DNA of 64,000 nt from an uncultured Pelagibacteraceae bacterium (GTDB lineage Bacteria > Pseudomonadota > Alphaproteobacteria > Pelagibacterales > AG-422-B15): the NCBI GenBank assembly GCA_902518415.1, contig CABYGA010000001.1, positions 19,356 to 83,355 of the forward strand, written 5' to 3'. Below are positions 10,655 through 20,300 of the stretch, piece by piece (positions within the stretch are counted from its first letter, which is position 1; each line of letters opens with the position of its first letter). The notes under the pieces were generated by a model. The model saw nothing but the letters and a program-made list of their open reading frames with translations, made no database searches and was not told where the DNA came from. The translations under genes were made by a program, and so were the position numbers.

Positions 10655-11407
10655 TTAATATTTGAATGCGTCCCCTAGGTAAAACTTCCTTGCCTCTTTG
10701 TTGCCAAGAATTTTATCACTGGTTCCATGAGCAATAATTTCACCATTAAAAAGAAGGTAACTGTAATCGCTAATATCAAGTACTTCTCTAACTTGGTGAT
10801 CAGTAATTATAACTGATATCCCTTTTTTCTTTAGTCTATTAATTTCAGATTTAATATCATTAATTGAGATTGGATCTAGAGCAGAAAAAGGTTCATCAAA
10901 TAAAACATATGAAGGATTTGTACCAAGTAGTCTGGCACATTCACATTTACGTCTCTCCCCACCAGACAATTGATGAGGCATAGCATTTCTCAAGTGAGTT
11001 AAATTAAATTCTGCCAATAACTCTTCAAGTCTGTTTACTCTTTGATCAAGGTTAAGATTAGTGGTTTCTAAAATAGCCATTATATTGTCTTCAACACTCA
11101 ACCCTCTAAAGATACTTGGTTGTTGAGGCAAATAACCTAACCCTGCCTGCGCTCTTTTCCACATAGGCAGTGTTGTAATATCATTATTGTTTAATTTAAT
11201 CTCACCACTATCACAAACTATAAGTCCCATTATACAATATAATGCAGTACTCTTACCAGCACCATTTGGTCCAAGTAGGCCAATAACTTTTCCCTTTTCA
11301 ACTTTAAGAGAAATGTCCCTTACTATTTGCTTCCCAGAAAGTGATTTTCTTAAGTTATTAACTTCAAGCCCAGTATTTGATGAAATTAATTTTGGTTTTG
11401 TAGTCAT
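10655..11407 (-). CDS. lptB: LPS export ABC transporter ATP-binding protein
   Basis: Walker A GPNGAGKST and signature LSGGERRK. Directly downstream of lptC-lptA. Confidence 0.9.
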   Translation of the reverse strand: MTTKPKLISSNTGLEVNNLRKSLSGKQIVRDISLKVEKGKVIGLLGPNGAGKSTALYCIMGLIVCDSGEIKLNNNDITTLPMWKRAQAGLGYLPQQPSIFRGLSVEDNIMAILETTNLNLDQRVNRLEELLAEFNLTHLRNAMPHQLSGGERRKCECARLLGTNPSYVLFDEPFSALDPISINDIKSEINRLKKKGISVIITDHQVREVLDISDYSYLLFNGEIIAHGTSDKILGNKEARKFYLGDAFKY

Positions 11408-11863
11408 CTAATTTTTATCTTTAGCAATTATTAATGCCTCTACTCTTTTAGTAGATTCACTTTTCATAATACTTGATGAGCTCTCTAAATCTACAACTAT
11501 TTCATCACATAATATAATATTTCCATCTTGTTCCACTTTAACCTCACCAATAACAATTAATGATTTATTATTTGGATTATATTTGGCTCTATTTCCATTA
11601 ATGGATAGTTCATCTCTTAATATTCTTACATTATTAAGCGCATCAATTTCTTCAATTGTTTCTTCATCTTCACTGGAAGTAACAATTAATTTATCTGACC
11701 AGATTTGTAAGTTATTTTCAATTGCATGAACGTTACCTGAAAAAATTGAAATATTATCAGTTCTCATAATTTCTAATTTATCAGAGACTATTTTTATTTG
11801 CTTTGCATTGGCGTTAAAAGAGAAGGGAAAAAATAATAAAATAAGAATTAAACTTTTAATCAT
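11408..11863 (-). CDS. lptA: LPS transport periplasmic protein LptA (OstA-like)
   Basis: 151 aa with a signal peptide and an OstA-like beta-jellyroll-sized body. Position between lptC and lptB is diagnostic. Confidence 0.7.
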   Translation of the reverse strand: MIKSLILILLFFPFSFNANAKQIKIVSDKLEIMRTDNISIFSGNVHAIENNLQIWSDKLIVTSSEDEETIEEIDALNNVRILRDELSINGNRAKYNPNNKSLIVIGEVKVEQDGNIILCDEIVVDLESSSSIMKSESTKRVEALIIAKDKN

Positions 11864-11866
11864 AAA

Positions 11867-12382
11867 TTAGTCAATCACATATAAAGTACTTACGTTTCCC
11901 TGGTAAATAATATGGTTAAAATTATTTTTCATTTTTGATTCATCGGCCGTTATAATGCTGCTTTCTTTAATATGTTTAATATTTTTATTAAATTCAATTA
12001 GATCATCATTAATTAAAAATAATGCATAATCTGATTGAAATTTGTCACTTTCATCAGAGTAAAAATTGATTTCTCCACTTAGCTCTATAAAATCTTCTAA
12101 TTGATTAAAGTTCCCCTTTTTAGCATTTAAGTATATCCAAGTGCCAGAATCAGTTCTTAATTTTCCTTCGACATTGAATAATTCTAAATTGTCTTCTTTC
12201 TGGACTCCTCTAGATGCTTTGATTTCATAAAGCCTATTATCAAGTCCTTTTTCAGAAAATCTAGGATTATCTATTTCAATTTCTAAGCTTTCGTTAGAAA
12301 AAGATTTTGACTGGCATAGAGTCATTAACAAAATAAAAACAACTATAAATTTTGCATAACTATCGATTAACTTAGTTAACAT
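11867..12382 (-). CDS. lptC: LPS export protein LptC (start moved to internal ATG)
   Basis: Single N-terminal TM followed by a beta-rich body, between kdsD and lptA. The track ORF start (12448) would overlap kdsD by 77 nt. The ATG at 12382 (MLTKLIDSYAKFIVVF...) leaves an 11-nt overlap. Confidence 0.6.
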   Translation of the reverse strand: MLTKLIDSYAKFIVVFILLMTLCQSKSFSNESLEIEIDNPRFSEKGLDNRLYEIKASRGVQKEDNLELFNVEGKLRTDSGTWIYLNAKKGNFNQLEDFIELSGEINFYSDESDKFQSDYALFLINDDLIEFNKNIKHIKESSIITADESKMKNNFNHIIYQGNVSTLYVID

Positions 12383-13337
12383 ATCGAATGCAGTCATGAA
12401 TATGGATAATACCAATTGGTTTTTTTTCTTTAAAATTATTAACAACAAATAAACATGTAATTTTATTTGAGTTCATTTTTTGTAGTGTATTAATCACTAA
12501 TTCATCCTTACATATAAGCATTGGATTGGGGGACATAATTTCTTTAACATTTACATCTAGGAGAGCCTTTTTTATATGCCTTCTTAAATCTCCATCGGTA
12601 ATGATTCCAATAAGTGTATTCTTTTTATTCTTTACAGCTACATGACCAAGAGATTTTTTTGTCATTTCAATTATAACAGACTCCATTGATGCGTTTTCTT
12701 TAACAATAGGCATCTTTTTTCCAGTATGCATTATATCTTCAACTTGCAGCATATTCGCACCCAAGGCCCCTCCTGGATGAATTTTTTTGTAATCAGAAAG
12801 CTTAAAATTTTTAACTTTCATCAGAGATACACAGATTGCATCTCCTAAAATCAATGATAGCGTAGTTGAAGTTGTAGGGGCAAGCCCTATTGAACATGCT
12901 TCTTTTGAATTTGGAATTAATAATGGAATATCACATGATTTATATAGAGTACTTTTTGCATTGGATGTGATTCCTATAACAAAAACTTTATTTTTTTTTG
13001 CGAAATCTAATAAAGCTCTAAATTCCTCACTCTTTCCAGAATTAGATATAATTATTATGGCATCATTTTTAGCAATTATCCCTAAATCGCCATGACTCAT
13101 ATCTGTTGGAGAGCAATACTGAGAGAGCGTACCCGTTGAACTCATTGTGCTTGAAATTTTACTGGCGATATGACCAGATTTTCCCACACCTGTAATTATT
13201 ACCTTACCCTTAATTTTTGCTAGTTTGCTGATTGCTTTGGCAAAATCTGAATTGATTGATTTAAACAGTTTTTTAGCCCCAGATATTTCTGTTTCTATAA
13301 CTGATTTTCCGTAACTTTTAATTTTATTTGTGCTCAT
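12372..13337 (-). CDS. kdsD: arabinose-5-phosphate isomerase (SIS + tandem CBS)
   Basis: SIS motif GVGKSGHIASK and a C-terminal CBS pair; 321 aa. Confidence 0.88.
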   Translation of the reverse strand: MSTNKIKSYGKSVIETEISGAKKLFKSINSDFAKAISKLAKIKGKVIITGVGKSGHIASKISSTMSSTGTLSQYCSPTDMSHGDLGIIAKNDAIIIISNSGKSEEFRALLDFAKKNKVFVIGITSNAKSTLYKSCDIPLLIPNSKEACSIGLAPTTSTTLSLILGDAICVSLMKVKNFKLSDYKKIHPGGALGANMLQVEDIMHTGKKMPIVKENASMESVIIEMTKKSLGHVAVKNKKNTLIGIITDGDLRRHIKKALLDVNVKEIMSPNPMLICKDELVINTLQKMNSNKITCLFVVNNFKEKKPIGIIHIHDCIRYVN

Positions 13338-13345
13338 GTCTAATA

Positions 13346-13957
13346 TTAATTAGAGTGAGAAAAAATATCATTTTCCCAACCCCTTAAATCGAGTTCAACT
13401 CTAATTGGCAGAAATCTGATGCATGACTCGACAAGCAGTTCCCTATTTTGTCGTTTGAGAATTTCATCTAGTTTAATCTTTATTGCATGCAAGTGCATTA
13501 CATCAGTTGCGGCATAATTAATTTGTTCTTTAGTTAAATCAGGATTTGACCAATCGCTTGATTGCTGTTTTTTTGAAATATCAATGTTTAGAAGTTCCTT
13601 GCATAAATCTTTATACCCATGACCTTGTGAATATGTTCGCGCAATTTTTGAACTTAGTTTTGTGCAATAAACGTTTTTAATCATTATATCTAAGTCATGC
13701 TTTATTGCAGCTAAATCATGTCTCGCATAATGAAAAATGAATGTCTTGTTGCTACTCAGTAGCTTTTTAAGATTGGGAGCGTCAAATTTTTTATCAATAA
13801 ATTGAACTAAATGACAATCACCCTGTCCATCATATAGTTGTATTAGACATAAAGGATCTCTATCAGGCTGCAAACCCATCATTTCACAATCGGCAGCTAT
13901 AAGATCTGAAAATTCAACACTATCTGCCAAATCGTTTTTATGTAAAATTGTTTGCAT
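13346..13957 (-). CDS. rnd: RNase D-like 3'-5' exonuclease (short form)
   Basis: DEDD exonuclease motifs (ADCEMMGL; HYARHDL; YAATDV); 203 aa. Confidence 0.75.
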   Translation of the reverse strand: MQTILHKNDLADSVEFSDLIAADCEMMGLQPDRDPLCLIQLYDGQGDCHLVQFIDKKFDAPNLKKLLSSNKTFIFHYARHDLAAIKHDLDIMIKNVYCTKLSSKIARTYSQGHGYKDLCKELLNIDISKKQQSSDWSNPDLTKEQINYAATDVMHLHAIKIKLDEILKRQNRELLVESCIRFLPIRVELDLRGWENDIFSHSN

Positions 13958-14009
13958 TGTATGAAAATTAACTTATTTCAGAGAAGTACATAAGGTATAT
14001 TTATCAAAT

Positions 14010-14915
14010 ATGAAGCAAAAAAGAATTACTATAATTGGAGGTTCTGGTTTTTTGGCCAAATATTGCATTTCAGAATTACTAAAACTAGGACATAAATTAA
14101 AGATTATATGCAGAAATACTCATCTTGCTGGACATATAAGAATGATGGGGCCTATTGATCAACTAGATATAATTAAGGGAAATATTAATTTAAAACACAC
14201 TATTGAACCTCATATAATTGGATCTGATATTGTCATTAATTTTGTAGGTATACTTAATGAATCTTCAGGGGATCAGACTTTTAATAATTGCCATGCAGTT
14301 GGACCAAAAAACATTTCAGAAATATGCTCTGAACACAAAATCGAACGTTTAATTCACTTTTCATCTATAGGCGCTGATGTTGATAGCGATGCAAAATACC
14401 AAGTATCTAAAGGAATAGGTGAAAAGAATATTTTAGATAATTTTTCACATGCAACAATAATTAGGCCATCGATTGTTTTTGGGCCTGGCGATGGATTTTT
14501 CACCTTGCAGTCAAAACTGGTAAAGCTTCTTCCAATCATTCCCTTGTTTAGCAATAACAAGTTTCAATGCGTGTATGTAAAGGATATAGCCGAGGGGCTA
14601 ATCAAACTTTTAGACGATAAAGAAGCAGCAGGAAAGATCTATGAATTTGGAGGACCTGAAGTCATGACGCTTAAAGAAATTTATCAATTAATTTTAAACA
14701 CATTAAAAATTAAAAGAATTATCCTTCCTCTGCCCCTTTCTTTTGCAAATGTTACCGCATTATTAATGAAATTATCTCCATCTCCTATGATTACATTTGA
14801 TCAAGTCAAGATGTTAAAGAAAGACAACATAGTATCTGATACTCCATACAATCTCAGTTCGTTAGGAATAACTGCAAAATCATCAAGAGATATCATAAGT
14901 AATTATATTTCCTAA
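14010..14915 (+). CDS. NAD(P)-binding epimerase/dehydratase-family protein (complex I NDUFA9-like)
   Basis: Rossmann N-terminus IIGGSGFLAKY; 301 aa. Confidence 0.72.
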   Translation: MKQKRITIIGGSGFLAKYCISELLKLGHKLKIICRNTHLAGHIRMMGPIDQLDIIKGNINLKHTIEPHIIGSDIVINFVGILNESSGDQTFNNCHAVGPKNISEICSEHKIERLIHFSSIGADVDSDAKYQVSKGIGEKNILDNFSHATIIRPSIVFGPGDGFFTLQSKLVKLLPIIPLFSNNKFQCVYVKDIAEGLIKLLDDKEAAGKIYEFGGPEVMTLKEIYQLILNTLKIKRIILPLPLSFANVTALLMKLSPSPMITFDQVKMLKKDNIVSDTPYNLSSLGITAKSSRDIISNYIS

Positions 14916-14918
14916 TTT

Positions 14919-15713
14919 CTAAAGATAAATTAAGATAAGTGTTCCTATAACAATTCGGTAGACAACAAATGGTTTCATCGTATTTTTTTTCAACCATTTA
15001 AGTAAATAGTCGATTGAAATATAAGCCACAAAAAATGAGATCAAAAATCCAAAAAAGCTAGAAGAAATATTAGTACTTGTTGGTGACTCTATGAGTTTAA
15101 GAATTGGTATGGCAGAAGAAATTATAATTACTGGAATTGATAGTAAAATGGAGAGCTTTGCAGCTTCAGTTCTATTTAAACCAATTATTCTTGAACCTGA
15201 ATACACAACTCCCGCTCTACTTGCCCCAGGTATAATCGCTAATATTTGAAAAAGACCAATGATGAGAGCACTTTTTATTGATAATCTCTCAATGCCTTTA
15301 GTGTTGTCATTAGTGTAACTATCAGAATAATAGAGAAGAAGTCCAAAAATTATTGTTGCTAGTCCAACAATTTTTATATTCCTTAAAATGTCAGCATAAC
15401 CTGTAAGAAAAAGTAAGCCCCCAACAATCACAATAGGCAATGTTCCTACAATGAGACAGAAAGCTAAATTTTTCTCATCCTTACTTAATTTGATGCTGAA
15501 TGGTAAAAGCAGAAAAACTAATACTTTAATATCTTTTCTAAAATAGATGATGACAGCCAAAAGAGAGCCCAAATGCAGACTTACATCCAACATCAGACTT
15601 TCGGGAATACTCATTATTTCAGCAGCAATTAATAAATGTCCGGAACTCGAAATAGGCAAAAACTCTGTAATACCCTGAATAATTCCTAATAGTAGTATTG
15701 GTAAAAAAGCCAT
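14919..15713 (-). CDS. uppP: undecaprenyl-diphosphate phosphatase
   Basis: GITEFLPISSSGHL motif and a polytopic membrane protein of 264 aa. Confidence 0.9.
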   Translation of the reverse strand: MAFLPILLLGIIQGITEFLPISSSGHLLIAAEIMSIPESLMLDVSLHLGSLLAVIIYFRKDIKVLVFLLLPFSIKLSKDEKNLAFCLIVGTLPIVIVGGLLFLTGYADILRNIKIVGLATIIFGLLLYYSDSYTNDNTKGIERLSIKSALIIGLFQILAIIPGASRAGVVYSGSRIIGLNRTEAAKLSILLSIPVIIISSAIPILKLIESPTSTNISSSFFGFLISFFVAYISIDYLLKWLKKNTMKPFVVYRIVIGTLILIYL

Positions 15714-15766
15714 AAGAATTAAAAAAATACTGTTTTACGCCATTTAGGCAAGAAAAACTTAAACTG

Positions 15767-15860
15767 TGTCATACTATATGACTATTATTATATATTTTAA
15801 ATGTTATAAAAAGTTTATCTAAATGAGAAGAATCCAAATATGTCATGCATTGTGACATAT
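15767..15860. promoter_or_regulatory. two TGTCA-N7-TGAC(A/T) palindromes upstream of gltD (candidate operator sites)
   Basis: TGTCA-tactata-TGACT at 15767-15783 and aTATGTCA-tgcattg-TGACATAt at 15838-15860. Centre-to-centre distance is 74 bp. The second ends 10 nt before the gltD ATG. Confidence 0.3.
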
Positions 15861-15870
15861 ATAAAACGTT

Positions 15871-17310
15871 ATGCTTAAATTTACTAATTTAAATCAAGAA
15901 TACCCTGAAAAAAGGTCCTCAGAAAATAGAAAAAAAGATTTTGGGGAGATTTATGAGAACTTTATAAAGAACAGCGCTAAAGAGCAGTCAAGTCGTTGTT
16001 CTCAGTGCGGAGTTCCTTATTGCACTGTCCATTGTCCCTTGCATAATCATATTCCTGATTGGCTTAAGCTTGCGGCGGAGGACCGACTTGAAGAGGCTTA
16101 TCAAATATCTTCTAGCACAAATAATATGCCAGAGATATGCGGAAGAATTTGCCCACAAGATCGATTATGTGAAGGAAACTGTGTTATTGAGCAATCAGGT
16201 CATGGTTCGGTCACTATTGGATCAGTAGAAAAATATCTAACTGACAACGCGTTCGAAAAGGGATGGATTAAACCGATCAAAGTTCCTGAGTACTTAGAAA
16301 AAGAAAATAGCATTGGTATCATTGGTGCGGGTCCCGCAGGTCTTGCTGCCGCTGAGGAATTAAGAAAAAGGGGTTACAAAATTGATGTATATGATCGTTA
16401 TGACCGCGCTGGAGGTTTACTGATTTATGGAATCCCGAATTTTAAACTGGAAAAAGATATTGTTCAAAGAAGAATGAAATACCTTGAGGACTCAAATATT
16501 AAGATTCATCTAAATACTGAAATTGGAAAAGATATTCATTTTTTGGATCTTCAAAAAAAACATGACGCTGTATTAATTGCAACGGGAGTCTATAAAGCAA
16601 GAGAAATTTCCCTAGAAGGCGATGCATCTGAAGTAGTTCCTGCTTTGGATTTTCTAACTGCATCAAACCGAAAAGGCTTGGGAGATAGCGTAGAGGCTTT
16701 TGATAATGGATTGCTCAACGCCAATGGTAAGAATGTAGTTGTAATTGGTGGAGGTGATACAGCTATGGACTGCGTAAGAACAGCTATTAGACAGGAGGCA
16801 AAATCCGTTAAGTGTCTTTACCGAAGAGATAAAGAGAATATGCCTGGCTCGGCTAGAGAGGTTAACAATGCTGAGGAAGAAGGAGTAGAATTTTTATGGC
16901 AATCTCTACCAAAAAAAATTGAAAGCAATAATAATGGTAGCCTCTTAAATTGTATAAAAATGAAGTTAAGTGAACCAGACTCCGATGGCAGAAGAATACC
17001 TCAAGAGATAGCAGGTTCTGATTTTGAATTAGAGACCGATTTAGTAATTGCTGCTCTGGGTTTTTCTCCTGAAAATTTGCCAAAAATGTTTGAAGTCGAA
17101 GAACTTCCAGTCACTAAATGGGGTACGGTTCGTGTAGGATTTAATACCATGATGACCAGTCTTGAGGGTGTATTTGCTGCAGGAGATATCGTCAGAGGAG
17201 CTTCGCTGGTAGTTTGGGGAATCAGGGATGGGCGAGATGTAGCAAATTCTATTCATGATTACATTGAAGAAAAAAATAATGCAAAAAATCTAAATACTAA
17301 AGCATCATGA
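15871..17310 (+). CDS. gltD: glutamate synthase (NADPH) small subunit
   Basis: N-terminal Fe-S cysteine clusters (CSQCGVPYC...HCP; CGRICP...CEGNC) and a dinucleotide fold IIGAGPAGLAAA; 479 aa. Confidence 0.92.
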   Translation: MLKFTNLNQEYPEKRSSENRKKDFGEIYENFIKNSAKEQSSRCSQCGVPYCTVHCPLHNHIPDWLKLAAEDRLEEAYQISSSTNNMPEICGRICPQDRLCEGNCVIEQSGHGSVTIGSVEKYLTDNAFEKGWIKPIKVPEYLEKENSIGIIGAGPAGLAAAEELRKRGYKIDVYDRYDRAGGLLIYGIPNFKLEKDIVQRRMKYLEDSNIKIHLNTEIGKDIHFLDLQKKHDAVLIATGVYKAREISLEGDASEVVPALDFLTASNRKGLGDSVEAFDNGLLNANGKNVVVIGGGDTAMDCVRTAIRQEAKSVKCLYRRDKENMPGSAREVNNAEEEGVEFLWQSLPKKIESNNNGSLLNCIKMKLSEPDSDGRRIPQEIAGSDFELETDLVIAALGFSPENLPKMFEVEELPVTKWGTVRVGFNTMMTSLEGVFAAGDIVRGASLVVWGIRDGRDVANSIHDYIEEKNNAKNLNTKAS

Positions 17311-20300
17311 CAAATGAATTAAAAAGATATTTAAAAAATAAAAAAAATTTAGAGGATGCCTTTCTATATAATCCGGGACATGAACATGACTCTTGCGGCG
17401 TAGGTTTTGTAGCATCTACAGATGGCAAACAAAGACGTGAAGTTGTTCAAGGTGGTATTGACGCCCTCAAGGCTGTATGGCATCGAGGTGCCGTTGATGC
17501 TGATGGAAAGACTGGTGACGGAGCAGGCATACTTACTCAGATACCTTATAATTTTTTTGACGATGAGATAGCTAAGACAGGCCATGAAAAAAGAGATGAA
17601 CCTCTCGGCATTGGTATGATGTTTCTTCCAAGGAATGATTATGCCGCACTTGAAAAATGTAGAACAATTATTGAGTCCGAACTGCTAGATCATGGTTATT
17701 ACATCTATGGTTGGAGACAGGTTCCAATAAATAATAGTGTAATTGGGGAAAAAGCAAACTCTACTCGTCCTGAGATTGAACAGGTCATGTTCGTAAATAA
17801 CATAGAAAGAGATAAAGACTTTGATTTTGCAAAAGAGTTGTATCTTGTAAGAAGAAGACTTGAAAAAAGAATAGCCAAGCAGCAAATTAATGGTTTCTAT
17901 GTTTGCTCATTAGGTTTTGAATCAATTATTTACAAAGGACTTTTCTTAGCCGAACAACTATCAATTTTTTATCCTGACTTAGCAAATGAAGAATTTATTT
18001 CATCTTTTGCTGTATTTCATCAAAGGTACTCAACAAATACTTTTCCGTCTTGGGGTTTAGCTCAGCCTTTTAGACTGTTAGCTCATAACGGTGAAATTAA
18101 TACAATATCAGGAAATACTAATTGGATGAGGAATCATCAAACAAGAATTACCACTGAAATTTTTGGAGATGACAGTGAGCAAGTTAAGCCAATTATTGAA
18201 AAAAACGTTTCAGACTCGTCAGCCTTAGACGCAGCATTTGAGTTGTATGTAAGAGCGGGAAGATCAGTTCCTCTTGTAAAAACTCTTTTAATACCAGAAG
18301 CCTGGTCAAAAAGAAGTGAGCTTATGCCAATTGAGCATAGAAATATGTATGAATTTTCAAACGCTATTGTTGAACCTTGGGATGGTCCTGCTGCAATAGC
18401 AGCAGTTGATGGAAACTGGATCATTGGAGGTATGGACAGAAATGGATTGCGGCCTATGAGATACTCAATTTCCCAAGATAATCTCATATATGTAGGTTCT
18501 GAGACAGGGATGGTGACAATTGATGAATCTAAAATAATAGAAAAAGGTAAACTAGGACCAGGTGAAATTATCGGTATCAATCTTAAAGAAGGTAAAATAT
18601 TTAGAGATCATGAAATGAAGGAACGATTGGCATCTGAAGCACCATATGAAGAGTATGTCAAAAAAATAATACGATTAGATAAACGAGTTAAAATTAATAA
18701 AGAATCAACGGTTACTGATCAAGCCAAGTTAAGAAAGAAAATGATTGCTGCTGGGTATACGATGGAGGAACTTGAACTCATCCTGCACCCAATGGTTTCG
18801 GATGCGAAGGAATCTACTGGCAGTATGGGTGATGATACGCCAATAGCGGTATTGTCGGATAAGTACAGACCATTATCACACTTTTTTAGACAAAAATTTA
18901 GCCAAGTTACAAATCCTCCCATCGACAGTCTAAGAGAGCAAAGTAGAATGAGTTTGAAAACGAGATTTGGAAATCTTCAGGATATTTTGAATCCAAATCC
19001 ATACGAAGAAAATGTTTTTGTAATAGATAGTCCTTTTATTACTAATGGTTTTTTTAAAAAAATTTCATCACGCGGTCAACAGACAACAACAAATATTGAT
19101 TGTACTGTAGAAAAAAAGTCATTTGATTTAAAAAAAGAAATTAAGCGTATTCAGTTAGAAGCTGAAACCGGGGTACTAAGTGGAAAGTCTCACATAGTTT
19201 TATCAGATATTAATGCCGATGAAGAAAAAATTGCATTACCATTAATTCTCATTACCGCTGCAGTTCATACAGATCTTACTCGAAAAGGAATAAGATCATT
19301 TGTTTCGTTACATGTAAGATCTTCAGAATGTATTGATACTCATTACTTCGCTGTATTAATTGGAGTTGGGGCAACAACTGTAAATCCTTATCTGGCGCAA
19401 GATTGTATTTATGAGAGGCATCAAAAGGGGTTATTTGGTGACATGTCCTACGAAGAATGTGTTGATCGATATAAAAAAGCTATTGATCAAGGACTCCTAA
19501 AAGTAATGTCTAAGTTGGGTATATCCGTCATCAGTGCGTATCGAGGGGGTTTTAATTTTGAAGCAGTAGGTCTAAGCCGTTCCACAGTAAATGAATATTT
19601 CCTTGGTGTGCAAAGCCGAATGTCAGGAATAGGTCTTACTGGAATTGAGAAAAAACTTAATGAATTACATGATTACGCTTACTCAGATACTGTTCAAACA
19701 CTGCCTATAGGAGGAATATATCGATATCGAAGTGGAGGAGAAACACATGCTTATGAAGGCAAATTAATACACCTTCTTCAAACGGCAGTAGCTGAGGATT
19801 CTTACGATATGTATAAAAAGTATTCTAGCTCAATGGGGAATTTTGCGCCAATCAACATAAGAGACCTTCTTGAATTTAAGGAAGCAGAGAATGATTTAGA
19901 TCTTTCTGAAGTTGAATCTATTACATCAATTAGAAAAAGGTTTGGAACAGGAAGTATGTCCCATGGTGCTTTATCAAAAGAAGCCCATGAAACACTTGCA
20001 ATTGCAATGAACAGAATTGGAGGAGCGTCCTGCTCGGGTGAAGGTGGTGAGTCGATTGAACGATCATACCCACTTGAGAACGGAGATAGTGCAAATTCAA
20101 AAGTTAAACAAGTAGCCTCTGCAAGATTTGGGGTGACTACAGAATATCTTAACAATTGTGAAGAAATTGAAATTAAGATTGCACAAGGGGCAAAGCCTGG
20201 AGAGGGAGGCCAATTACCAGGTTTTAAAGTCACAGCGGAAATTGCTAAATTAAGACATTCAACTCAAGGAGTAACATTAATTAGTCCTCCTCCACACCAC

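Noticed and set aside
10100-15900. A switch of predominant gene strand from minus (left) to plus (right) around 10-15 kb, which could mark a replication origin.
   Set aside because: Orientation alternates several times in this interval. I found no DnaA-box cluster in the intergenic regions (10106-10206, 13958-14009, 15714-15870). One window is not enough to assess strand bias or skew.
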